The notes under the pieces are model-generated. The model was not told the DNA's origin. It was given only the letters and a program-made list of their open reading frames with translations, and did not search any database. Shown piece after piece: positions 20,843 through 29,680 of a stretch of 64,000 nucleotides of DNA. Position 1 is the stretch's first letter. Each line of letters starts with the position of its first letter. The DNA is from Leptospiraceae bacterium (GTDB lineage Bacteria; Spirochaetota; Leptospiria; Leptospirales; Leptonemataceae), in the NCBI GenBank assembly GCA_040217195.1, contig JAVJNR010000004.1, positions 128,001-192,000 of the forward strand, written 5' to 3'. Position numbers and translations under genes: made by a program.

Positions 20843-20887
20843 TTGACTTTTACTTGATCTTGTTTACACTGGTTATAGCCCTATAAC
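20843..20887 (+). promoter_or_regulatory. Sigma70-like promoter of the RND gene with adjacent palindromic TetR operator candidate
   Basis: TTGACT (20843) -16 nt- TACACT (20865), followed by the perfect inverted repeat GTTATAG-CC-CTATAAC (20872-20887). Confidence 0.65.
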
Positions 20888-20906
20888 ATCCACAGAGGAT
20901 TCTACA

Positions 20907-23900
20907 CTGGAACAATTAACGCGATATTTCCTGCATCGGCCTACTCTGGTTCATCTCATTGTGGTGGCGGTAATCTTTTACGGTCTTTTGGCGATCGCGC
21001 AAATACGGAAGGAAGGCTTTCCCACTGTAAGCATGAATAGAATTCTAATTACTACCGTTTACCCTGGCTCTTCCCCCCGTGATGTGGAATTGAACGTAAC
21101 AAGGCCCATCGAGGCGGAGATGGCCGCCACGGAAGGAGTAAAGGAGTACCTGTCTCTATCTCGAGAGGGGCTTTCTCTTGTGGATATCAGAATTGATGAC
21201 GATGCAACTCCCGACCGAGTGCGCCAGATATACAATGATATTCAGCAAGGTATTGATGGCATCGATGAGTTTCCAGAGGACCTGGAGCGGCCGCCTGTTC
21301 TGGATCTGATAAGTTCAGGGGATGCCCCCATTGTTGAAGTGGCATTAAGAAATCAGGCCGGAATGAACCGGGATCATGTTGATGACCTGGTCAAGAAACT
21401 GGAAAAGGTGGCCGGCGTCGCCCGCTGCGAGGTAAGTGGGATGAGCGATACAGAGATCCAGGTTCTGGTAGAACCCGATAGAGCCCTGGAAAACCAGGTG
21501 GGGCTTCGATCGATCGCTGAATCCATACAGAGGCGAAACCGGCAGGGGTCTGGTGGCGATCTGGAATCCTTTGTAGGGGAGAAGAAAATCGTTTCCTATT
21601 CCCGCTATACGAGCAGGGAGGAAATCCGGGAGACGATCATTCGCATGGGGTTTGGGGGGAATGGGGTTCGGCTCAAGGATATCGCTGAAGTGGAAGAGCG
21701 TAGCGAGGATACTGGCCTAATTGTAAGAAACGATGGTAATCCTGGTGTTTCAATTTCAATCATAATGAAGGAAGGAGCGGATATCCTTGATACTGTGGAG
21801 GGGGTTCATCAGGTTCTGGCCGCTGCTATTCATCCAGCTGGCCTGGAATATTCATTTCTCAACGACCAATCACGTCTAACCAGGGATCGCCTTAGTCTGG
21901 TCATAAGCAATGCTATCATGGGATTTATTCTGGTAGTTCTGGTTCTTTTTTCCATATTCAATCTTCGCACATCTCTCTGGACCGCATTTGGAATCCCTTT
22001 TTCTCTGCTGGGGGTATTCATCCTGCTTTATTGGCTTGGTTATACTTTAAATGTTTTGACCCTGGGTGGATTTATAATCGTTCTTGGTATGCTGGTTGAT
22101 GATGCCATTGTGGTAGCGGAGGAAATAAACAGTCAGCGAGAAACAGGAAAGCCCCCGATGGAGGCCGCCCTTACCGCGGTTCAGAATGTCTGGAAGCCAG
22201 TATTCGCGTCCGCGCTAACTACCATGATCGCTTTCACTCCGCTTCTTTCATTGGGTGGTCTTCCTGGTAAATTTATATGGCTGATCCCCTTGGTTGTTAT
22301 CCTTGCCCTGGTCGTTTCCCTGTTCGAAAGCTATTTTATTCTTCCGGCGCATTTGAGCCATGGTAAAACTTCGAAGTTACATAAATCTGAGGTGATTCGT
22401 AAAGTGGAGGTCTTTTATACCAGAACTTTGCATTTTGCCCTGGGTAATCGGTACTCGGTGATAATCTTAGCGTTCATTGTACTGCTCCTCACGGTTGGCC
22501 TTTCGTTCAATTATCTGAAAAAGGATCCATTCCCCCAGGAAGCCGCAGAAGGCCTTACTCTTCGTCTCACCTTTCCTCTGGGATCCAGTCTTGCTTTTAC
22601 ATCGGAGCAGGTCGAGAAAGCAGAAAGGATTCTTCTGTCTCTTCCGGATACAGAAATCGCGGGCATTAGTAGTAGAATTGGAACCCACAGCTCATCCCCG
22701 ACGGAAGACCTGGGAAGTATGGATAACGGAGCTATCATATTTGTACATCTTGCCCCCTATGGAGAACGATCTCGTACCGCTGCCCAGATTGGCGACGATA
22801 TACGAAGTCAAATCGAAAATGCCTTTCAGGCACAGGAATTCGAATACCTGGTTGAGCTCATGCGAATAGGTCCCCCTCTCGGACGACCGTTCGAAATTCG
22901 GCTGGCTTCCAATGAAGAGGAGGTCAGAGCCGCGGAAAGCCTTCGTCTACAGAAATACCTGAGAAAGATTCCCGGAGTTCTGGAAGTCGAGGATGATACC
23001 ATTGCCGGTAAGAATGAACTCAACCTGGTTCCCGACCATCAATTGCTTGCGCAGGCAGGTCTTACGGTTGAAGATATTCTTACGGTTCTGCGCATTTCCT
23101 TCGACGGAATGGTTGTCAGTTCTATGACAGATGTCGAAGGGTCAAAAAACATTCGTCTGAGACTGGATCAACCAGCTCGGGCCGACCCAGAGTTTCTTAA
23201 GAGGCTACCTATTTCCAACAAAACCGGGCAAATGGTGCGGGCCAATCGACTCATGACGCTCCATGAGCGAGAGGCTCCCGGAGAAATCAGACATGTGGAC
23301 GGAGTTCGAACTACAACTATCTTCGGCAATTTGGATGCCGAAATCATATCTCCGGAAGAGCTAATGGAAATGGTGAGGTCGGACTATGAGCCGATTTCGA
23401 AAGTTCATATGGATTTTTCCGGCCAACCGGAAGAAACACGCATCATTTTTAAGAATCTACAGTCGGCCGCATTGTTCGCAGGCCTGGGCATTTATCTGGT
23501 TATCGCGCTGATCTTCCAGTCATTCTTTCGACCGCTAGTAGTATTGCTGGCGTTGCCATTTGTACTGCCAGGGGTCCTTGGCGCCCTGGTCGCTCACGGG
23601 TTGCCTGTTTCCATTTTTACTGGTCTAGCGGTTATCGGTCTTATGGGAGTGGTGGTGAATGGATCAATCGTTATGGTATACACAGTTCTGAATGGTGGTT
23701 CCGGGAATGAAGCACCGGACAGGGATACAATCATCTCTGGAGCGGTTTCGAGACTTCGTCCACTTCTCCTGACAACTTTCACCACGGTTCTGGGCCTATT
23801 TCCAACGGCGTATTCCCTGGGAGGGTACGATCCATTCATTACACCCATGTGTTTGGCTCTCGCCTACGGACTGTTACTGGGTACTTTTGTGATTCTGGTT

Positions 23901-23996
23901 ATGGTGCCAGTATTTCTGGCAGTGGAAAGCGATATAAGAAAAATTATAAGTGGGAGAAACTCATTATGGGTATCAGAAGAATCACGGGAATTGTAA
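20907..23996 (+). CDS. RND efflux transporter permease (AcrB/AcrD/AcrF family)
   Basis: ITTVYPGSSP, LGMLVDDAIVVAE, PVFASALTT, GVVVNGSIV, SRLRPLLLTT. The in-frame extension to CTG 20907 restores the N-terminal ..YFLHRP.. motif. Confidence 0.92.
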   Translation: MEQLTRYFLHRPTLVHLIVVAVIFYGLLAIAQIRKEGFPTVSMNRILITTVYPGSSPRDVELNVTRPIEAEMAATEGVKEYLSLSREGLSLVDIRIDDDATPDRVRQIYNDIQQGIDGIDEFPEDLERPPVLDLISSGDAPIVEVALRNQAGMNRDHVDDLVKKLEKVAGVARCEVSGMSDTEIQVLVEPDRALENQVGLRSIAESIQRRNRQGSGGDLESFVGEKKIVSYSRYTSREEIRETIIRMGFGGNGVRLKDIAEVEERSEDTGLIVRNDGNPGVSISIIMKEGADILDTVEGVHQVLAAAIHPAGLEYSFLNDQSRLTRDRLSLVISNAIMGFILVVLVLFSIFNLRTSLWTAFGIPFSLLGVFILLYWLGYTLNVLTLGGFIIVLGMLVDDAIVVAEEINSQRETGKPPMEAALTAVQNVWKPVFASALTTMIAFTPLLSLGGLPGKFIWLIPLVVILALVVSLFESYFILPAHLSHGKTSKLHKSEVIRKVEVFYTRTLHFALGNRYSVIILAFIVLLLTVGLSFNYLKKDPFPQEAAEGLTLRLTFPLGSSLAFTSEQVEKAERILLSLPDTEIAGISSRIGTHSSSPTEDLGSMDNGAIIFVHLAPYGERSRTAAQIGDDIRSQIENAFQAQEFEYLVELMRIGPPLGRPFEIRLASNEEEVRAAESLRLQKYLRKIPGVLEVEDDTIAGKNELNLVPDHQLLAQAGLTVEDILTVLRISFDGMVVSSMTDVEGSKNIRLRLDQPARADPEFLKRLPISNKTGQMVRANRLMTLHEREAPGEIRHVDGVRTTTIFGNLDAEIISPEELMEMVRSDYEPISKVHMDFSGQPEETRIIFKNLQSAALFAGLGIYLVIALIFQSFFRPLVVLLALPFVLPGVLGALVAHGLPVSIFTGLAVIGLMGVVVNGSIVMVYTVLNGGSGNEAPDRDTIISGAVSRLRPLLLTTFTTVLGLFPTAYSLGGYDPFITPMCLALAYGLLLGTFVILVMVPVFLAVESDIRKIISGRNSLWVSEESREL

Positions 23997-24367
23997 CAGG
24001 TGTGCTGGGCATCGTATTTGGCCTAATGACTCTGAAAAGCGGAGGCTCAGTTCTCTTTCTTGGAGGAGCCGCCCGGGAAGCAGCAGGTAATTACGTTCCA
24101 TTCGTTTTATGGTTCAACTTTCTGGCCGGTTTTGCCTACATCGGGGTGGGAGGACTTCTTTTAACACAGAATCGTCTGGGGGCACCGCTTGGATTCGTAA
24201 TAGCTGGATCCTCGATACTAATTCTGGGCGGTCTCGGTCTACACATTGCAATGGGGGGTCAGTACGAAAATCGCACCGTGTATGCCATGGTTTTTCGAAT
24301 CATTTTCTGGGTGAGCGTGTCCGGCGCCATGCTTGTTGTGAAACGAAAGTTTCCTGCAGCGGAGTAG
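23966..24367 (+). CDS. Small membrane protein of unknown function (about 4 TM), overlapping the RND 3' end
   Basis: ATG 23966 with GGGAG upstream. GGSVLF...AGNYVPFVLWFNFLAGFAY. Hydrophobic segments. Confidence 0.75.
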   Translation: MGIRRITGIVTGVLGIVFGLMTLKSGGSVLFLGGAAREAAGNYVPFVLWFNFLAGFAYIGVGGLLLTQNRLGAPLGFVIAGSSILILGGLGLHIAMGGQYENRTVYAMVFRIIFWVSVSGAMLVVKRKFPAAE

Positions 24368-24503
24368 CTACTCTGCATTTCAGCACCATTGACACTATCC
24401 TGAGTTCAATATCTAACTCCGCTCTGAGCCAACCGGGCACAATTACTTCAGCGAACCGTGTAGTCCCGTGGCGCCTACAGATTGGATAGATTTATTTCTC
24501 ACC

Positions 24504-24545
24504 TTGATCTGAAGCAAGGCAGTTTGCCAGCCAACTTGATACTAT
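24504..24545 (+). promoter_or_regulatory. FNR/DNR-type box with class II promoter geometry
   Basis: TTGAT-CTGA-AGCAA (24504-24517) matches TTGAT-N4-ATCAA at 9 of 10 positions. -10-like TACTAT at 24540-24545. Confidence 0.6.
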
Positions 24546-24551
24546 TGAGTG

Positions 24552-25103
24552 ATGGAAACTGATTCTAGCTTAGAAATGCGTTCTCCCTCAGCATTCAAAG
24601 GGATGACTCTTAGCCAGGTATGCGATTTTGTAGAATCCAGACACCATGCCTACGCTCAAAAGGAACTGCCCGGCCTCATCCAGCTTACAGAAAGAGTAGC
24701 CATTGTCCATGGAAAGCACGACCCAAGACTCATGGATGTCCGAGATTACTTCCTTGAAGCCGCCAACGCTTTCTCTGCACATATACAGAAGGAAGGAGGA
24801 GTTCTTTTTCCCATGATCCGGTCTCTTGAAACAGATGCAAGCTACGGCGATTCTCGTTGGGATTATATCATCGACCCAATAGAGCAAATGCGGTTGGAAC
24901 ATGAGGGGGTGGAATTGAGTCTAAAAAAAATAAGAAAACTAACGGATTCATTCCTTGTTCCAGCTCATGCTTGCAATACCTACCGTTCCATGCTCTATGG
25001 GCTACAGGCTTTTTACGCAAACTTTCATCAGCATTCAGATGTTGAGAACAACGTATTGTTTCCACGAGCCCTCAGAAAGGTAGACAGAATTGATCCGGAA
25101 TAA
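24552..25103 (+). CDS. ric: Hemerythrin-like di-iron protein, Ric/YtfE/ScdA family, lacking the N-terminal ScdA_N domain
   Basis: HHAY..KELP, VHG, HIQKE..LFP, PIEQMRLEHE, PAHACNTYR, HQHSDVENNVLFPRA. Start GTG 24549 or ATG 24552. Confidence 0.8.
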   Translation: METDSSLEMRSPSAFKGMTLSQVCDFVESRHHAYAQKELPGLIQLTERVAIVHGKHDPRLMDVRDYFLEAANAFSAHIQKEGGVLFPMIRSLETDASYGDSRWDYIIDPIEQMRLEHEGVELSLKKIRKLTDSFLVPAHACNTYRSMLYGLQAFYANFHQHSDVENNVLFPRALRKVDRIDPE

Positions 25104-25353
25104 TTTACACTGCCAAAACATCGCTGGCGCTCACTTCCAGATATTCTGCATTATCTTTTTTAATTGCCTCTGGATAAGCCGTCTGCCAGGTTTTTTCAGT
25201 TGCTTTCCCTCCGGAAAGACCAGAGGAACCTAGAAGAGCTATGATTCAGATGGAAGCGTAACCAAAAAGAGTCATCCATTAATGCGGCATTCAGGATACT
25301 TCCCCTCTGAAGACATTTGACTTGCAAAGGGACGAATACACGATCAAGGTAAA

Positions 25354-25740
25354 ATGATGAACCATAGAATAGACGCTGACGCCAGGCCCGCAGATATATC
25401 AAACGATGCGGTATCCTTCTCTAATTCCGATTTGATAACCTTCTTACGAAAAGATGAATTGTATGCGAAAGAAGGTAAGACAGCCCGTACACTGGTTCGA
25501 TCAAACAATCTGACTATAATCCTTACTGTGCTCAAGGAAGGGAACGGTCTGCAACCGCATAAGGCTCCTGGCCCCATACATGTCATTGTGCTGGACGGCC
25601 AGCTGTCATTTCGGGTCTCCAGCCAGGAAGGCGAAACCCTGAGTGCGAAGGATTCAATAGTTGTGCCTTCGGGCCATTCTCACTCGGTACAGGCCATAAC
25701 TGATTGTGCTTTTATGATCACTATCGGCGGTAAGGAATAA
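25354..25740 (+). CDS. Cupin domain protein
   Basis: HKAPGPIHVIVLDGQLSF and VPSGHSHSVQA cupin motifs. Confidence 0.85.
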   Translation: MMNHRIDADARPADISNDAVSFSNSDLITFLRKDELYAKEGKTARTLVRSNNLTIILTVLKEGNGLQPHKAPGPIHVIVLDGQLSFRVSSQEGETLSAKDSIVVPSGHSHSVQAITDCAFMITIGGKE

Positions 25741-25958
25741 TCGACTGGTCCGAATCTTTGAAGGCCTGGGTATTACTCCCCAGGCAGCGCTTCTGTGCGC
25801 AGACCATGGCCAAAAGAGGAGAACAGGCGACATTCTACACCGGGAAAAAGCTTGGGTAAGATTCATTTCGCGGAAACCAGGCAGTGATCCGGAATTCCAT
25901 AGCTGGACCTCCGAATGAGTTTTTCAAAACGCTGTAGGCAAGCTAAAAGAAAAAGTGA

Positions 25959-27038
25959 TTAGTAGCCTTCTTTGGCCATTCGATCTTTTTCTTTTTGAAA
26001 CAAAGTCCAGACGTATCGCTTATCGTCCATCCAGCCTGGTTCAGCGGCACGCATGGCCCGGTCAAAGTAATCCTGGGCCAAATCCATGTCACCACTGTAC
26101 CAATGATAGGCACCCAGGTTCCACAGAGCCGAAGAAGAGGTCCCTCCGGATTCATCCAGGGCCCGCTCCCATTGTCGAGCGGCCATGTCAAAGTTTCCTT
26201 CTTCGGCCCATTTAATGCCCTCTTCCAGAAAGGCCTGCACTCTGGATGGATCTCCGCCTCTTAGCCCATCGGTGTCGTCGGAAAGGGGAATGTAAAAGGT
26301 TACTACTTCAGGGGAAAGATTTCGAGCAATCTCGGTTCCCACCATCTGCATGGCTTCATCGAAAGCCTTGAGCTGCGAAGGACATTGTGTATTTCCCACA
26401 TCGTTTTCCAGTCTGTGCGGCTTGGTATTGGAAAAGCTCATGGATCGACCGGTTTCCGTATTAACCAGAGTGGCTTCCACAAATACAGTCAGATACGTTA
26501 CGCCTGTAGGTTTCTTGTACTGAGCATCGCCACTGTTCTGTCCTTTGGATGCTGCAGCCATGGCCAGCTGCAGAGCTGCAGTACTCAGATCCGTAACATC
26601 TTCAATTTTGCATTCCACCCTGGGAAGTGCTGTCATCCGGACGAATAGGATGCTTTCCACAGCCAGTTCCCGCCCGATCTGCAATTGGTTACGGGTCATT
26701 CCGCTCTGTGCATGAGCCAGCTCCTGATACCGCCGATCCCGGCTATCCAGATCCACAATAGAGTAGAATCCTCGTCCCTGCATGGCGCTTTGAACGGATC
26801 CACGTATGGTATCCTGCCATTCAGTGGCCAATCCAAGACGATTCAAGTTTGTGCTAAAGCCTGCAGGGAGTTCACGAGCTACCACAGCCAGCTTGCGCTT
26901 TCCATCCAGCACCCTCTGTAGCTGCTGACCTTGATGGCCTGCAGGATACTGAGGGAATTTCACCGGAATGCCGGAAGCGCAACCTGCCAGAGAAAGCAAG
27001 AGCAGATAGCTTGATATGCGGGCCCAATTGGAGTTCAT
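25959..27038 (-). CDS. LipL41-like lipoprotein with C-terminal TPR
   Basis: Lipobox LAGC. Segments recalled as matching Leptospira LipL41: KPTGV, ATLVNTETG, NDVGNTQCPS, NLSP, and TPR-like WERA...ALWNLGAY. Confidence 0.75.
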   Translation of the reverse strand: MNSNWARISSYLLLLSLAGCASGIPVKFPQYPAGHQGQQLQRVLDGKRKLAVVARELPAGFSTNLNRLGLATEWQDTIRGSVQSAMQGRGFYSIVDLDSRDRRYQELAHAQSGMTRNQLQIGRELAVESILFVRMTALPRVECKIEDVTDLSTAALQLAMAAASKGQNSGDAQYKKPTGVTYLTVFVEATLVNTETGRSMSFSNTKPHRLENDVGNTQCPSQLKAFDEAMQMVGTEIARNLSPEVVTFYIPLSDDTDGLRGGDPSRVQAFLEEGIKWAEEGNFDMAARQWERALDESGGTSSSALWNLGAYHWYSGDMDLAQDYFDRAMRAAEPGWMDDKRYVWTLFQKEKDRMAKEGY

Positions 27039-27092
27039 CAGTTACGACTTTTAGACGAGGCTTCCCTGTTTTGGTTTACATCAAAGAAAATT

Positions 27093-27527
27093 TCAAGCTA
27101 TTTTGTGTTGAGTTTCTATTTCCCGGAAATCCATCAGCGGTTTGCCAAACAGTGCCATGGGATAGAATTCCAGTTTACCGGATAAGACCGTGGTCTTGGG
27201 TACCAGGTAGTCAATTCCCATACCGCCCAGAAAAGCTTTGGTTAGCGGACGGGCCAGAGGGACATCAAAGCCTGTGCTGGCCACAACCACTGTACCACGA
27301 TACCCCTCTTTGTAGAGCCTCTTGAGCATGGTAATTCCAGCCATCTGAGTTTCCATGGTAATGTCGGTAACAATTACCTGATAGTGCTCCATTCCCTTCT
27401 CTTTCACTGCATTATAGCCACTGGCTCCGTCCACAGCTCGGTCGATGGAGTATCCCAGATCAACATAGTATTCGTCCAAGATTCTGGCGTATTTGTCGTT
27501 ATCGTCTACGATCAATAGATGCTTCAT
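27093..27527 (-). CDS. Single-domain response regulator
   Basis: LLIVDD, AVDG, VTDITME, VVVAST. AGGA SD. Confidence 0.85.
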   Translation of the reverse strand: MKHLLIVDDNDKYARILDEYYVDLGYSIDRAVDGASGYNAVKEKGMEHYQVIVTDITMETQMAGITMLKRLYKEGYRGTVVVASTGFDVPLARPLTKAFLGGMGIDYLVPKTTVLSGKLEFYPMALFGKPLMDFREIETQHKIA

Positions 27528-27610
27528 GGATTTCCTTTCTTAAGTATTCGGCTGGAGCCCCGTCTTTCGCTGCCATCCCTGACAGTTCTGGAACGATTTT
27601 CCATTGAATG

Positions 27611-29674
27611 CTATTCCTCTTTGTTGTCCTGTTCAGAGTTGTCCTCTGGAGGCTGCGTGGCCTCTCGGCTGATCTGTTGCAGTCTGGCATACAGCCCGGA
27701 TCGATTCATTAGATCCTTATGTGTTCCGGCATCTTCAATCTTGCCGCCGGACACGACCACAATGATATCTGCCTTTTCTATGGTAGAAAGTCGGTGGGCA
27801 ATCACAAAAGTAGTTCGATTCCTGAAAAGGCGCTCCAGGGCATCCTGGACCAGACGCTCGCTTTCTGTATCCAGAGCGGATGTTGCCTCATCTAAAATCA
27901 TGATCTCTGGATCGTGCAGCAGGGCCCGGGCAATAGAGATTCGCTGTCGCTGACCGCCAGAAAGGGTGACTCCTCGCTCGCCCACCATTGTATCATATCC
28001 TTCGGATAGTTCGCTAATGAAATCATGGGCATAGGCCAGTCTGGCAGCCTTTTCCACTTCCTGCGGATCGTGCTCCGGGCTTCCATAAGCAATGTTTTCT
28101 CGTATACTTCCATGAAACAGGAACGTATCCTGCTGAACGATTCCAATGTGACTGCGATACTCCGTCAGATTGAAATTGCGAATATCCACACCGTCCACGG
28201 TGATTCGTCCTTGATCCGGGTCAAAGAAGCGAGCCAGCAAATCCATCAAGGTAGATTTACCTCCTCCACTTTCGCCCACCAGAGCCACTGTGCTTCCTGC
28301 GGGTACTTCCAGGTCAATCCCCTGAATTACCTGGGCTTCCGATTCAGGATAGGTAAACTGAACATTCTCAAATCGAATTGCATCATTCACTTCCGGCACA
28401 GGTTGGGGACTATCTGGATCCGTAATGTCCGGCTTTCGATCTGCGATGGAAAAGATCCTCTCCGCAGCAGCAGAGGCCTGAGAAATTTTGCCGATCATAG
28501 AAGAAAGCTGAATGATCGGACGAATAATAAACATCAGTGCCATCAGAAACGTGATAAACTCTCCAATGGTAAAGTTTGTGCCATCCAGATAAGCAGCCCC
28601 CAGTGCGATGATAGCAAGGGTCATCAATGCAGAACTCAATTCTACCAAATTTGGTCCCATCTTCAGATAGAACTGCTCTTTGAAGCTTCTCCAGCTCAGG
28701 CGCTGATTTACTCTTTCGAATCGCTCCGCCTGCTGGTCTTCCATTACAAAGGAGCGAATTACTCGGACTCCCTGTATATCCTCCTGAAGGCTTGCATTTA
28801 GATCCGCCAGTAGTTCCTGACTCTTTCGAGTGGACCTGGATATCTTTCGGGTAAAAAGGGCCACAGGAGCCAGGATTAAAGGCAACGTTATCGTAGAAAC
28901 AATAAGCAACTCAAGATTTAAATAGGCCAGAAGGAATAAGTGAGTGGTGAGATAAAAGAAATTGGTGATTGAGTCACGCATGTTAGATGAAATTACCGCG
29001 GCAACGATCTCTACATCGTTGATCAATCGGCTCATCAACAGACCGGTTTTTTCCTGATAAAAATAAGTCAATGGAAGATTTTGCGCAGCACCGTACAGGT
29101 CGGAACGCAGATCTCGCACAGCACGATAACCGGTCCTTGCAATCAACTGGACCGAGATCAAATGAAAGACCAGTTTCAAGAAGTAGAGAGGAAAGACCAC
29201 CATCAGGGCGGTGTAAATCACTTTCAGAGGATCGAATGCCGCCTGGTTAATCTTCAACTTCCAGCGAATCATGGTTCGCAGATTCAGCTGCTGAGCACGG
29301 TTCAACCCGTAATCCTTTTCGTATCGCGTATAATGAAGCAGCCGCTCTGCTAGATCTTTTCGAATCTTTTCTGGAGCATCCGGAGCAACAGGCAGAGTCC
29401 TGTCACCTGACAGGAGCCCGGCTTTTTCAGCAGGCTCTATATAATGTATGGCACTGTGCTGAACAGCTTTGTTTAGAATCTTGCGGTCTGTCTCTGAGAA
29501 CTGAATTACAAAAGGTGCACCACCGCCTTTGTCACCCAGGGCATCAAATAGCGGATAAAATGTAGTAAGGCTAACGCCGTTTAGAATTGCTACAAAGAAC
29601 GACACCAGCACCCCCATAAGGAAGGGGGTGCGGTAGTGAAATGAATACCCGAGTAGTCGGAGAAAGTGCCGCAC
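27611..29674 (-). CDS. ABC exporter, fused permease/ATPase (MsbA-like)
   Basis: TM domain plus GESGGGKST, LSGGQRQR, ILDEATSALD, IAHRLST. Confidence 0.93.
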   Translation of the reverse strand: MRHFLRLLGYSFHYRTPFLMGVLVSFFVAILNGVSLTTFYPLFDALGDKGGGAPFVIQFSETDRKILNKAVQHSAIHYIEPAEKAGLLSGDRTLPVAPDAPEKIRKDLAERLLHYTRYEKDYGLNRAQQLNLRTMIRWKLKINQAAFDPLKVIYTALMVVFPLYFLKLVFHLISVQLIARTGYRAVRDLRSDLYGAAQNLPLTYFYQEKTGLLMSRLINDVEIVAAVISSNMRDSITNFFYLTTHLFLLAYLNLELLIVSTITLPLILAPVALFTRKISRSTRKSQELLADLNASLQEDIQGVRVIRSFVMEDQQAERFERVNQRLSWRSFKEQFYLKMGPNLVELSSALMTLAIIALGAAYLDGTNFTIGEFITFLMALMFIIRPIIQLSSMIGKISQASAAAERIFSIADRKPDITDPDSPQPVPEVNDAIRFENVQFTYPESEAQVIQGIDLEVPAGSTVALVGESGGGKSTLMDLLARFFDPDQGRITVDGVDIRNFNLTEYRSHIGIVQQDTFLFHGSIRENIAYGSPEHDPQEVEKAARLAYAHDFISELSEGYDTMVGERGVTLSGGQRQRISIARALLHDPEIMILDEATSALDTESERLVQDALERLFRNRTTFVIAHRLSTIEKADIIVVVSGGKIEDAGTHKDLMNRSGLYARLQQISREATQPPEDNSEQDNKEE

Positions 29675-29680
29675 AGGCGA

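Noticed and set aside
14191..25177. CTCTGGATAA at 14191 and 25168 as att or target-site repeats of an island
   Set aside because: Only 10 bp, the first copy is one arm of a local hairpin, and there is no integrase. Compatible with chance.
28025..28801. Long antisense ORFs (also 46638-47288, 35669-36211, 51435-51998)
   Set aside because: They overlap well-supported genes, mostly on the opposite strand, and show no recognisable motifs.
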